Shown here one piece after another: positions 27,855-36,880 of a DNA stretch of 49,882 nt (position 1 is the first letter of the stretch; each line of letters opens with the position of its first letter). The notes beneath the pieces are model-generated. The model saw nothing but the letters and a program-made list of their open reading frames with translations, ran no database searches and was not told the DNA's origin. The position numbers and the translations under genes are program-made. The DNA comes from a virus: positions 1 through 49,882 of IMG/VR virus record IMGVR_UViG_3300018481_000009; one strand, given 5' to 3'.

Positions 27855-28455
27855 CGGATCGCCTCAGGTCCATGCGAATGTAGCGGCCGATCGGATTGAG
27901 CTCAACTTGCACGATCCGATACACCCAGGAGGCATGAGCTATCTGGCGGTTCATCAGGAGTACCGCCTGCCACTCTATCGGAGCCTCGGAGGCGAAATCC
28001 TCGTAGGTACCCTGATCCTGGTGACTTTCATCGCCTCGGTAGGCAGAAAATCTCACGTTGCTGAACAGCGGAGTGCCGTCCATTTCTTGCAGCTCGCCGA
28101 CCACAGGATACAGCTCCTCGATCAGCTGGCACCTCACCTCGTATGTCTCGATGCCGGGACGCCCCTCGTCCACGATACGAGCCGGTGAGGTGATCTCGTA
28201 GAGCACCGTCCTGTGGATGAATCTGTCCCCTGGACCTGGGATCGCATTGGCGGGAGCCTGGAAGCCGCCTCGCCAGCGAAGTCGCCACGGTCCAACCTCA
28301 CGTGGGGAAGTCGTGTCGAGAGCCGGTTCGTCGTTGTTGGGGACCACCAGCTGCGAAGGGAACTTCGGCTCGTCCGCCTCGACCACCACGTAGACACCAC
28401 CCGTCTCGGTTACCCGACGGGTCATGTACGACATGGATGTGTATCGGAAGATCAT
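27847..28455 (-). CDS. head-tail adaptor-position protein
   Basis: ATGA coupling; synteny. Confidence 0.45.
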   Translation of the reverse strand: MIFRYTSMSYMTRRVTETGGVYVVVEADEPKFPSQLVVPNNDEPALDTTSPREVGPWRLRWRGGFQAPANAIPGPGDRFIHRTVLYEITSPARIVDEGRPGIETYEVRCQLIEELYPVVGELQEMDGTPLFSNVRFSAYRGDESHQDQGTYEDFASEAPIEWQAVLLMNRQIAHASWVYRIVQVELNPIGRYIRMDLRRSGG

Positions 28456-28595
28456 GACTTCTTCAGTCGCGCCCGCTCGATGGCCGTGAGCTGACGGGTG
28501 CCCCGTCGAGGCACTTGCTCTTGATCTTGCTTGGCCTTCTTCAGGCCGGTCACCTGTTGGCCAGAGGCGCGGAGGATGGGCTTCTTCTCGGTCAT
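28452..28595 (-). CDS. 47-aa basic hypothetical protein
   Basis: ATGA overlaps at both ends; below the ORF-track cutoff when counted from its own ATG. Confidence 0.5.
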   Translation of the reverse strand: MTEKKPILRASGQQVTGLKKAKQDQEQVPRRGTRQLTAIERARLKKS

Positions 28596-29014
28596 GAGCC
28601 CGTGTTCTGGTTGGGAAGGGCGTACAGGTCCTTGCTGCCCTTGCCGCTTGTGAGACGGTAGAATCCCGCTCGTGTCAGTTCCGCGCTGGCCCGCGGGGAG
28701 ATGAAGTGCTCCTGACCCTCGATGGCGCCTTCCCTGCTGCTCTGCTTCATCGGGCGAAGCGTGGCGAAGAACTCCTCGCCCTTGAACAGGTGGTATTGAG
28801 CTTGTGCACATACCGCCCATGCCAGAGCCGTCGCTCGCCAGGCGATCAACATGTCCACGTTGATCTTGTCCCCTGTCTCGGTGTCCCGGCCGTACAGCCC
28901 GAGTGCCCAGTCGATGTCCTTCTGAGCCGTGGCCAGGAGCGGTTCCAGCTCGGTGTCTTCCATCGTGCTGGACGGGTCGAACGCGGCGTAATCTTCTGGG
29001 GTGGCGTATGGCAT
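28592..29014 (-). CDS. head-tail connector (gp6-like) protein
   Basis: first gene after the capsid block; GAAAGG RBS. Confidence 0.5.
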   Translation of the reverse strand: MPYATPEDYAAFDPSSTMEDTELEPLLATAQKDIDWALGLYGRDTETGDKINVDMLIAWRATALAWAVCAQAQYHLFKGEEFFATLRPMKQSSREGAIEGQEHFISPRASAELTRAGFYRLTSGKGSKDLYALPNQNTGS

Positions 29015-29033
29015 GATTTACCTTTCTGTGAAT

Positions 29034-29068
29034 GGGGGGCGAGACGGAGGACGGGACGCCCGCCCCCC
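29034..29068 (-). terminator. GC-rich hairpin (8-bp stem GGGGGGCG/CGCCCCCC) after the capsid gene block
   Basis: stem pairs 29034-29041 with 29061-29068; in a 71-nt gap in an otherwise coupled operon; no U-tract. Confidence 0.45.
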
Positions 29069-29085
29069 ACCACAGGGGGAGGAGG

Positions 29086-29448
29086 CTAGATCGGCTCCGG
29101 GCCGTCGATCTTGCGCACGTTCCGAGCCTCGACGCGCAGCTCCTCGTCCGTCTCCGGTGTCGGCTGGCCGGCGGTCACGCCTGCGACCGTGTAGGCCTCG
29201 TTCGGCGTCGGGTCCACCTTGATCCCGCGCATGCCGAACTCCTCCTCGGCGTCGACGCGCTCCTGCAGCTCCTCCTGGCCGACGTCGTCACCTTCCTCGG
29301 TCGGGCCGAGCGTATTGACGTCCTTGGCCTCGACGACCGGTGGGCCGGATGCGGCCTGACGCTTCTGCTCCAGCTTCTCCTCGACAGCCGTCTCGTCAGG
29401 TGCCTCGCGTTGCTTGGTCGCGAACTCGTTGTCGTCCTTCTTCGCCAT
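29086..29448 (-). CDS. hypothetical acidic protein (decoration-protein position)
   Basis: GGAGGGG RBS; directly after the major capsid gene. Confidence 0.5.
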   Translation of the reverse strand: MAKKDDNEFATKQREAPDETAVEEKLEQKRQAASGPPVVEAKDVNTLGPTEEGDDVGQEELQERVDAEEEFGMRGIKVDPTPNEAYTVAGVTAGQPTPETDEELRVEARNVRKIDGPEPI

Positions 29449-29463
29449 GTGATCCCCTCCTTA

Positions 29464-30408
29464 TCAGGTGGCCGGCGAGAGCAGGAGGCCCCACGGGGAG
29501 CGAGCTGCCTCTGACGGCTGGTCGTAGTTGATGGCGTTGGAGACCTGGAACGCGGCGCGGAAGACGACGCGCATGGCCACCATGTCCTGCTGGGCGAGGT
29601 TGTAGATGATCGCCCCGGTGTTGTCCTGGATGACCGCCTGGTCGAGGATCTTCCAGGTGATGTCCTGCCGGATGGCGATGATCCCCTGGGTGAAGTCGCC
29701 CATGATCATCTCGGCCGCGGAGACGCCGGTCGGCCAGAGGCCCCTCATCGGGTACTCGACGGTCTCGCCGTACACCTCGGACGCGCTGACCTCGGTGTTG
29801 GAGTCGCCCTGGGCGTTGCGGGCACCGCGAAGGCGGCCCCTCATCGTCCGGTTGGCGATGACCCCGTTGACGTCGAACCCGTCCGTCTCGACGAGCGCCA
29901 TGACCTGGTTGATGTCCTCGGCGACGCCACCCGCCGCGGCGTTGTTCGTGCCACGGGCGTAGCTGTTCCCTGCCGCCGAAGCGATCGAGACGATCGAAGC
30001 CGGCCACGTCGACGGCTTGTTGACACCGAAGAAGATGGCCGCGTCGAGCGTGCGACCGATCGCCTCCACGATCAGGGGCTTGGACTCTCCCCAGATGTCG
30101 TAGTCCGCGTCGTCCAGGACCGCGTCCGGGACCGGCACGATGGTGGCGATTTCCTCGGCCTCGAGGAACTTGTTCGCCCAGTTGACCTCGGTCGTCTGCT
30201 TCAGACCGGTGTCACCATTGACGAAGTACGCGATCGGAAGCGCTGAGAGGACCGGCATCCTCTGCTGCTTGCTGGACATGTTCGGCGCCCGGCGGAACAG
30301 CGTCAGCGCTCCCGATTGCTGAGGGACATTCTTGAGAATGTCGCGCGTCACATCTTCCGGGATCAACGCGGCTGCGTCGGTCCTTGAGATGACGTTATTG
30401 TAAGCCAC
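29464..30408 (-). CDS. major capsid protein (HK97 fold)
   Basis: 314 aa; GTG start after AGGAG; follows the scaffold and portal genes. Confidence 0.75.
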   Translation of the reverse strand: MAYNNVISRTDAAALIPEDVTRDILKNVPQQSGALTLFRRAPNMSSKQQRMPVLSALPIAYFVNGDTGLKQTTEVNWANKFLEAEEIATIVPVPDAVLDDADYDIWGESKPLIVEAIGRTLDAAIFFGVNKPSTWPASIVSIASAAGNSYARGTNNAAAGGVAEDINQVMALVETDGFDVNGVIANRTMRGRLRGARNAQGDSNTEVSASEVYGETVEYPMRGLWPTGVSAAEMIMGDFTQGIIAIRQDITWKILDQAVIQDNTGAIIYNLAQQDMVAMRVVFRAAFQVSNAINYDQPSEAARSPWGLLLSPAT

Positions 30409-30469
30409 AGGAACTCCTGTTCACTTTGAGTTGGCAGTCGATCCCGTGCTTACTAGCGGGACCCGACCT

Positions 30470-31039
30470 TTACCGGCCCGCGGCCGCCCGAATCGCTCGG
30501 TTCACGGCTGCGTTTCCGCCGACCGGCTCGCCCGCGTTGAGCACGGGGCCACCGGAAGGTGGGACCTGTCCGACGAGGTGTCCCTCTGCTGTGGCGAGGT
30601 CACGAAGAGCCTTCTCGACCTTCGTTTCGTCTGTCAGCGTGAGGGGGTCCACGTCGGTGTATGCCCGAAGCGCCTGCATGGCACGATCCGGACGGTTGAA
30701 GTTCAGCTCTCGCGCCTTGGACGTGATGACCGTGGACGCGTCGTTCTCCGCCTGCGCCTTCTTCAGCGTGGCGTTCTCCGACTTGAGCTGGTCGTTCTCC
30801 TGCTGAAGGGTCGGCACCTTGGCCGCGTCCTTCTTGACCTCCTTCAGCTCGTTCTCCGTCGTCCGCAGCTTCTCGTACGCCTTGGCGACCTCGGACGTCG
30901 CGTCTTTGGTCTCCACAGGGGCAGGAGGTGTCGCTACGGGTGCCGGAGCACCGGGGTTGGCAGGGTCGGGCTTCGGATGACCTGGGCCGCTCCCCTCACC
31001 TTCCTTCTCATACACTCGATGGAACTTGCCTACGAGCAT
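30470..31039 (-). CDS. scaffolding protein
   Basis: AAGGAG RBS; coiled-coil, Ala/Glu/Lys-rich; lies between portal and capsid. Confidence 0.65.
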   Translation of the reverse strand: MLVGKFHRVYEKEGEGSGPGHPKPDPANPGAPAPVATPPAPVETKDATSEVAKAYEKLRTTENELKEVKKDAAKVPTLQQENDQLKSENATLKKAQAENDASTVITSKARELNFNRPDRAMQALRAYTDVDPLTLTDETKVEKALRDLATAEGHLVGQVPPSGGPVLNAGEPVGGNAAVNRAIRAAAGR

Positions 31040-31069
31040 CTCGCTCGCTCCTTTCGCGCCAGCATCTCG

Positions 31070-32650
31070 CTAGCTCTTGACTACCCGTTCCGCGTTCGGA
31101 CGGGCTGTGCTACGTCTTTTGCCGGGCTGCAGAGGCAGTCGGCCGGGGTCCTGGACGCCCTTGTCTGCGGCATCGTCCTTCTGTCGGTCGAGTTGGGACT
31201 GATCGATGTTGCTCTTGAATTGGAACTGCTGTTGCATACGCTCCAGCGCCTGCTGCTCCTCTTCCTCGATCCTGTCCATCTCGTCTTGGACTCGGTCCGG
31301 ACCCCAAGTTGGGTTGTTCTCTTCCATCGCCGATCTGCGCGAGAGAATCTTGGCGTTGACCTCTGTGACGATCCGACGGCTGCGGCTTTCCTCGTCCTCC
31401 GGCAGGTTGCCGTTCCGCTTGAACACTGGGAACTTGTCGCCGTCGAGTCCCTTCCATGCGACTCCGCATCCCCCAGCCCCGATTGGCAGTGCTTCCAGTT
31501 GCCACGCGAGCTTGAGAATCTCGGGAACCTTGTCGTCCCACTTCTTGGCTTTGCCTTGCGCGGCTAGCACGGAGTCGATCAGGCGCGCTTTGTATCCCGG
31601 CCCGGTCTCGGCTGACTCCGTGTGCCTCCCGATCAGCTGCGGAGCCATCCGCGCTCGTGTCAGGATTGTGTCCGTCAGGTCGCCCTTGTAGGCGATCAGT
31701 GCCTCGGCGTCGAACTCCCACTCGACCTGCGCGAGGTCGTTCTTGATCTTGGTCGGGTCTTGGTCTACCTCGGTCGCGATGATGATTTCCGCGCCTCGCG
31801 GTAGCTGCCCTCGCGATGTCAGGAATCGCTCGGGGATGATGACTCGCTGCTTGGCTGTGAGCCTGGCGTTCTCCTGGCCGATGTTCGCTATCTCGTTCAG
31901 CGCCAGCAAGAGGCTCGCGATGCCCTTGTAGTCGCTCCCACCGATCCTGACGTCTTTGCCGCGCTTGTTGATCAGCCGGCCACCGAGCATTGGCAGGGGA
32001 TGCAGCCACTGGGGCCTCAGTTGAGCTGTCTCCTCCCTATCCCCAAGCGGTACCTCGTTGCCCTTGAGAGCCCCACCGATGCCCGTGAAGTAGAGTCGGT
32101 TGAGCACGACCCCTTCTGAGTGCACCTCGAGGTAGACCCAAATCTTGTTGCTGTCACCATCGATTTCCAGCCACGACACGAACGCGACCGCTGTCAACCG
32201 CTGGCCGATGAAGTATGGCACCACGTTCATCCGCGAGTGCCACTCGATGAAGACCCTTCCCAGCATTGGCACCGAGAGCAGTCGGTACCAGACCTCACCT
32301 TCGGAGCTTGACAGTTGCTCGGCCCAGTGCAGCTCGCTGGGAAGATTGTTGTCGTCGACGAACTTCTCCAGCTCGTCCACGTTGCTCTTTTGGATCGGCT
32401 CGAACTCGGGCTCCTCGCCAAAGAGCAGGTCAGCCCACGTCTCCGGGATGCGTGCACCGAGCGAGTCGATGATGAAGTCCCGCGAAGTCTCGTATTCCTC
32501 GTCCCACCAGTTGGGCTTGAGCTTCTTGGTGTCGCTCTCGCGGATTGCCTGGTACAGCGCCAGGCTGTCCCTCTGTGCATAATCCACAGGAGGGAACTCG
32601 CGGGCGTTCTCGATCTTCCTGAGCAACTCCTCGGCGAGTAGAAGGCTCAT
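31070..32650 (-). CDS. portal protein
   Basis: 526 aa directly after the large terminase (ATGA overlap). Confidence 0.8.
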   Translation of the reverse strand: MSLLLAEELLRKIENAREFPPVDYAQRDSLALYQAIRESDTKKLKPNWWDEEYETSRDFIIDSLGARIPETWADLLFGEEPEFEPIQKSNVDELEKFVDDNNLPSELHWAEQLSSSEGEVWYRLLSVPMLGRVFIEWHSRMNVVPYFIGQRLTAVAFVSWLEIDGDSNKIWVYLEVHSEGVVLNRLYFTGIGGALKGNEVPLGDREETAQLRPQWLHPLPMLGGRLINKRGKDVRIGGSDYKGIASLLLALNEIANIGQENARLTAKQRVIIPERFLTSRGQLPRGAEIIIATEVDQDPTKIKNDLAQVEWEFDAEALIAYKGDLTDTILTRARMAPQLIGRHTESAETGPGYKARLIDSVLAAQGKAKKWDDKVPEILKLAWQLEALPIGAGGCGVAWKGLDGDKFPVFKRNGNLPEDEESRSRRIVTEVNAKILSRRSAMEENNPTWGPDRVQDEMDRIEEEEQQALERMQQQFQFKSNIDQSQLDRQKDDAADKGVQDPGRLPLQPGKRRSTARPNAERVVKS

Positions 32651-34059
32651 GCCACCTGCTCCTTTGTCGGTCGGAGGCGCTCCTCAGCAGCCTTCTTCTT
32701 GGCCTCTTCATCCAGCTGCTCGATCAGCATCCTGTGGGCGATGGCGAGCCTGAATGCCCCCGCGATGAGTGCATCCACCGCGTCGTCGTTGCCCTTCTCG
32801 ATGAGGTCGGGGTTGGTTTCCTTCTGCTGCACGGTTTGCAGTTGGTCAACCAGCAGCTCGTTGGTCGGGTCGATGCTGAGCACCCGTGTCGTCTCGCCCA
32901 GCCATGATCGCTTCATCAGCAGCCGGAGGTACTTGATGCAGAGCTGTTTGTAGTCCTTGAAGCTGACCGGCGTCAGGGACGGTCGTCCGACCCTCTGGAC
33001 GGCGTTGTGCTTGCCCATCTTGTTCTCGAGCATTCGAGCGGTCGTTCGGGCGCTCTGGGCGAAGCTGCTGTCGTATCGCTCCTCCTGCCACCATCCCAGT
33101 CGCATATATGACTTCTGGGAGTCGAAGATGTCGTCAGCGATGTCTTCCAGGTCCATGCGAGATGAAACAACCATTCCTGGCGGGACGTGAATGCCGCCTC
33201 GCTCGCTGTGAAAGATTGGCACGTGGACTGTCTGCCAGTCTCCAAAGTCGATGCCTCCGTAGAACTTGCTGTCGATCGCCACGAGCGGGAACTTGCGCAT
33301 GGTCTTGCCCAGCTCCGCTGCCGCCTGGACGTGGTTGTGGTCGAACGTCCAGAGGCCGGGCGGGCGGATGGTCCAGTCCCCGTGGCGGTACTGCGCGTAC
33401 GTTATCGGGTCGAGCAGCGACAGCGATTGCTCGTACGTCTCCTGATCGAGGTGTGGGTTGTCCTCGAGACGTGACGGGATGAATACTCGCTCGGGTGAAC
33501 GACCATCGACGAATCGCTTTTTGACCCAAACATGCCCAGACCCACCAGGATTTGCTGCGGCTCTCGCTCGAATCGGAACGCTACTGAGCGGCCCCGAATC
33601 CGGACGACGAAGCCTGCTGTTGAGGTAAAGATAGTCATCCTCCTCGAACTGCGTCAGCTCGTCAAAACCCACGAACTGGAACTCCGCCGACTGATAGCGG
33701 AATTTGTCCTTGGGTCGCTGCAGGAACCCGAACGTCAGCTTGGCCCCGCTCGGGAACGTGAACTCCTTGTCGTTGTCGTTCCACTTCGCGTCGGTGCCTG
33801 CCAACCACTCCTCGGCCCGGCTCATGATCGCTCCGGGGAGCGACAAGTCGGTGTATGTCTTACGGAAGAGGATTGCGGCGTAGCCCGGAATGTCGACGTA
33901 TTGCAGCGCGGCCATAATGAGCGCGTCTGACTTGCCCCCGCCTGCGGCGCCACCGAAGAATGCCTCGCGGCACGAGAGCCACAGGAAGGCGTGCTGTCGC
34001 GGCGTCGGTACGTGCGGAATGTACTGTGACCACGGAATGTCGATTGCTGTCGCGGTCAC
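32647..34059 (-). CDS. terminase large subunit
   Basis: GGAAGGGKS Walker A; size and position. Confidence 0.85.
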   Translation of the reverse strand: MTATAIDIPWSQYIPHVPTPRQHAFLWLSCREAFFGGAAGGGKSDALIMAALQYVDIPGYAAILFRKTYTDLSLPGAIMSRAEEWLAGTDAKWNDNDKEFTFPSGAKLTFGFLQRPKDKFRYQSAEFQFVGFDELTQFEEDDYLYLNSRLRRPDSGPLSSVPIRARAAANPGGSGHVWVKKRFVDGRSPERVFIPSRLEDNPHLDQETYEQSLSLLDPITYAQYRHGDWTIRPPGLWTFDHNHVQAAAELGKTMRKFPLVAIDSKFYGGIDFGDWQTVHVPIFHSERGGIHVPPGMVVSSRMDLEDIADDIFDSQKSYMRLGWWQEERYDSSFAQSARTTARMLENKMGKHNAVQRVGRPSLTPVSFKDYKQLCIKYLRLLMKRSWLGETTRVLSIDPTNELLVDQLQTVQQKETNPDLIEKGNDDAVDALIAGAFRLAIAHRMLIEQLDEEAKKKAAEERLRPTKEQVA

Positions 34060-34301
34060 GACGACTTCTTCTCATCCCGTTTGGCGAAGTCCAACCGCTC
34101 CTTGGCGTACACGCCGCCCCCGGTGATGGCAGCAACGATGATGGCCCCGAAGTATTCCTGCCACTGGTCAGGGTTGAAGATGTCGAAGATGCCGATCGCC
34201 AACAGGCTGCCAAAGAACGCGACGAGGCTCGCCCAGAGGGCCACTTCATGGCTCGGCTTGCGCGGAGGAGGCTCCGGCCTGGGCTTGTGTAGCGTTGTCA
34301 T
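34056..34301 (-). CDS. two-TM membrane protein
   Basis: hydrophobic segments LWASLVAFFGSLLAIGIF and FGAIIVAAITGGGVY; GTGA coupling to the terminase gene. Confidence 0.6.
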   Translation of the reverse strand: MTTLHKPRPEPPPRKPSHEVALWASLVAFFGSLLAIGIFDIFNPDQWQEYFGAIIVAAITGGGVYAKERLDFAKRDEKKSS

Positions 34302-34311
34302 CCCCGACAGG

Positions 34312-35040
34312 TCAGTTCTGGTTGAGCGGGTTTTGGCTCTGGGCCATGAGCGCCGCTGTTTGCAGTGCTCCTGACTCCGCCAGGATTTCAGCCACTTCCA
34401 TGGCCCGCTCGTCGTCGGTCGGGACGACCACGTCGGCGTTGAGGTTGATCATGCCGCTGACCTCGGAAGTCTGCTTGGGCTTGCCATAGACCCGATCGAG
34501 AGCGCTGTCCACAGCCTGGAGTCGGGTTCGGTGGTCTGGGCTCCACTCGATGCGAGCGCTTCGTCCGTTGCCCACCACAGTAGGTTTTGTGGCTAACAGG
34601 GCCTCGCGGATGGGAGCCAACCATTCCGCCATCTCGTTCTCGATCAGTTCTCGGAGTACCTCGTTTGGACGAGGCTTCCTGGGGCGCCCGGGATGATTGA
34701 CGTCTCCGCCGAACTCACCGACCCCCCACCGCTTGCGGAACTCGGACGGGATGTGAGCGAAGCACCACTTGGCGCGGTAGATTTTCTCGACGTCATCTAC
34801 CGTCTTGTACACGAGGTACTGGCCGTTGGGGCACTGGGTCCCGTCGAGCAGGATTTCGTTGCACCGGCCGCGACCGTACTTGCGACGAATCCGCTCTCGA
34901 TGTTTGGCTTTACGTTTGGCCTCAGGTGTGCCACGACGCTGCTTTTGCCGTTCCGACCGTCCCGCAGAGTCATTTGGAAGGCCTTGGGCCTTACGATCTA
35001 GCCGTCGCTGTTGTCGGGGAGTGATCTCCTTCATCTGCAT
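34312..35040 (-). CDS. basic, Cys-cluster DNA-binding-like protein (small terminase candidate)
   Basis: first gene of the late operon; Arg/Lys-rich N-terminus; C..C..C..H pattern; assigned by position only. Confidence 0.4.
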   Translation of the reverse strand: MQMKEITPRQQRRLDRKAQGLPNDSAGRSERQKQRRGTPEAKRKAKHRERIRRKYGRGRCNEILLDGTQCPNGQYLVYKTVDDVEKIYRAKWCFAHIPSEFRKRWGVGEFGGDVNHPGRPRKPRPNEVLRELIENEMAEWLAPIREALLATKPTVVGNGRSARIEWSPDHRTRLQAVDSALDRVYGKPKQTSEVSGMINLNADVVVPTDDERAMEVAEILAESGALQTAALMAQSQNPLNQN

Positions 35041-35412
35041 CCATCATAAGGGTGCCAGAGGGGTCCCAGGTGCCCTAGAGACGCTCCTAGTAAGGGTACG
35101 ACGCCCGAATATCTTCAGATGGAGGCTCTGTGGTTATTTTTTGCTTATTTTGTGGGTTTTTGCCAATTGTTTACTGTGTATGAGGCCGTTTTTGGCGTTT
35201 TTTCGACACATAGGGTCATATGCTTGTGAAAATCCCATGTGAGCTGGCTGCACCTGGGTTTGGCTCTAGAGGGGGCCTGCGGGGGGTCTTCCTGAATAAA
35301 ACCCTTAGGAAGCCCTAAGCTAGTCTTTACTAAGCGGGTCTATCCTTTAGGAACCAGGTAGGGAAACCGCCCCGCCTAAGATAGCCCCCTCCGAGGGGCG
35401 AAGGAGAAGCAC
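35041..35412. promoter_or_regulatory. divergent intergenic control region (late operon leftward, early operon rightward)
   Basis: 372 nt non-coding, locally AT-rich, with phased T-tracts and overlapping hairpins; individual promoters could not be fixed. Confidence 0.6.
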
Positions 35413-35736
35413 ATGCCCGACCAGAAGACTACCGCTCCGAAGGCCTACTCCGGCCAGGACCTCGCCAACCTGCTCGACATCGAGGGGATCAAGCTCCGCC
35501 GGTACATCCGGGAGGACGGCACCCGGGTCGGCCGAGGCCGCACCTACGCCTTCTCGCAGGAGGAGGCCCGCACCATCCTCGAGGGCTTCGTCTCCCGCAC
35601 CGAGAAGACCCCGCTCGACCCCGAGGCGGAGGGCTACGACGAGGAGAAGGCCACCCACCTCAAGGACCAGGTCGAGCAGCTCCTCAACCCGCCCGCCGAG
35701 GAGACCACCGAGGAGGAGGCCACCGAGGAGGCCTAA
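35413..35736 (+). CDS. hypothetical protein with LR..(I/L)RE.G..VGRG..Y.F domain (paralog A)
   Basis: AAGGAGAAG RBS; domain shared with 39162-39356 and the C-terminus of 45145-46110. Confidence 0.7.
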   Translation: MPDQKTTAPKAYSGQDLANLLDIEGIKLRRYIREDGTRVGRGRTYAFSQEEARTILEGFVSRTEKTPLDPEAEGYDEEKATHLKDQVEQLLNPPAEETTEEEATEEA

Positions 35737-35749
35737 CCGCCGCCGGGAG

Positions 35750-35767
35750 GGGGGGCTTCGGCCCCCC
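35750..35767 (+). terminator. hairpin GGGGGGC-TTCG-GCCCCCC after the first early gene
   Basis: perfect 7-bp GC stem with a TTCG tetraloop, 14 nt after the stop; weak T-tract. Confidence 0.5.
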
Positions 35768-35894
35768 GCTTCCGACCGATTCCAGGCGATTCTACCTCCG
35801 CTCGGGGTCGGTCGAAAGCTCACCCACCGCATAGGGAAACATATCACCGTCCCCGTCACCGGCGCAACTCAAATCCGACACAGGAGGCCCCACC

Positions 35895-35975
35895 ATGGCC
35901 ACAATTACCACCATCAAGAAGCCCACCATCATCGAGGACTTCGGCAACGGCCACATCATCATCTGGTTGATCTAA
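35895..35975 (+). CDS. 26-aa ORF (MATITTIKKPTIIEDFGNGHIIIWLI)
   Basis: CAGGAGG RBS 7 nt upstream; 22 of 25 third positions are G/C. Confidence 0.6.
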   Translation: MATITTIKKPTIIEDFGNGHIIIWLI

Positions 35976-35981
35976 CCGCCA

Positions 35982-36023
35982 GGCTCGCAGGCGAAGTCGC
36001 CGGTTCGAATCCGGCCGAGCCAC
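35982..36023 (+). ncRNA. tRNA-like minihelix 1 (acceptor-like stem + T-arm; no D or anticodon arm)
   Basis: GGCTCG / 11-nt linker / GCCGG-TTCGAAT-CCGGC / CGAGCC. Confidence 0.6.
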
Positions 36024-36053
36024 TCCATCCAACAACCCACAGGAAGGGTCAAC

Positions 36054-36314
36054 ATCACCGATAAGATCATCAGCATCCGCACCGAGGACGGCGTCATCGT
36101 CCATCCCGGTGAACGGGTCTACAACTACTACGACATGAAGCCCGGCATCATCGTCGAGGACCGGGCACCGACCGTCTACAACGACGGGGCGGACCTCAAC
36201 CAGGACATCTGGTTCGACTTCAAGCACGACAACGGGTCGACATCGATCCTCAACGGCCAGCGGATCTGCACCATCGAGTTCGCCAAGAGCCGAGGGTTCA
36301 AGGACGCCGAGTAG
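36054..36314 (+). CDS. hypothetical protein; start unresolved (ATC 36054 after AGGAAGGG, or continuation from the upstream ORF; first ATG is 36135)
   Basis: strong GC3 bias from 36054 onward; no ATG/GTG/TTG in frame between 35976 and 36134. Confidence 0.5.
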   Translation: MTDKIISIRTEDGVIVHPGERVYNYYDMKPGIIVEDRAPTVYNDGADLNQDIWFDFKHDNGSTSILNGQRICTIEFAKSRGFKDAE

Positions 36315-36517
36315 TGGAAGTCCAATCATCCGGAATCTGTCCGGGTTGTGGGGAACGGAGGTTGGTCACTCGCAAGGGGGCCAACCACGTTCTTCACCTC
36401 ATCCTCACCGTCCTGACCTTCGGGTTGTGGGCCGTCATCTGGTTCATCGTCGCAGCCGCAGCCGAATACGGTAAGTGGCGGTGCCAGGTTTGTGGCATAC
36501 AGGTCAAACCATCATGA
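36314..36517 (+). CDS. zinc-ribbon membrane protein
   Basis: CPGC...CQVC flanking the TM segment LHLILTVLTFGLWAVIWFIVAAAA. Confidence 0.6.
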   Translation: MEVQSSGICPGCGERRLVTRKGANHVLHLILTVLTFGLWAVIWFIVAAAAEYGKWRCQVCGIQVKPS

Positions 36518-36672
36518 TTTACCTGGTCATCAGCCACAGTCCGATGGGATCGGTGTTGGGAGTCAAGTCTTTCACATCGACCGAGTTCGACGACTACGAG
36601 CAGCAGAAAGGGGACACAGTTGTTGTCCTCGATGGCAGCCGAGTTGTCCAACACTGGACCACATACGCATGA
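36514..36672 (+). CDS. 52-aa hypothetical protein
   Basis: ATGA overlaps at both ends. Confidence 0.5.
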   Translation: MIYLVISHSPMGSVLGVKSFTSTEFDDYEQQKGDTVVVLDGSRVVQHWTTYA

Positions 36673-36875
36673 CACCGATGTTCGATTTCCTCGAGTCGAG
36701 GGAATCCATCGTGATCGAATCCAAGATCACCAATCGTCCGATCAGGGACGCCATGACGATGATGACACTTCGGTTCCGCACCGAGCATCTCGCCCACCGG
36801 TACCTGGACGATCACGGGATGAACCAACACTGCTACATCGTTCGCAAAGAAACCGACGACGACAGAAGGAGGTGA
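36669..36875 (+). CDS. hypothetical protein
   Basis: ATGA coupling. Confidence 0.55.
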   Translation: MTPMFDFLESRESIVIESKITNRPIRDAMTMMTLRFRTEHLAHRYLDDHGMNQHCYIVRKETDDDRRR

Positions 36876-36880
36876 TCAGT

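Noticed and set aside
35940-36030. Possible ordinary tRNA gene, flagged by GGTTCGAATCC (similarly at 37246-37262 and 38379-38395)
   Set aside because: No 5' acceptor strand lies at the right distance, and no D-arm or anticodon arm can be drawn. The only pairing partner for the 3' acceptor strand lies 11-13 nt upstream of the T-stem. These are reported as tRNA-like minihelices instead.
35347-36329. 170-aa and 157-aa minus-strand ORFs
   Set aside because: They are antisense to well-signalled plus-strand early genes and to the hairpin and minihelix region. They are Gly/Leu/Arg-rich shadow frames.
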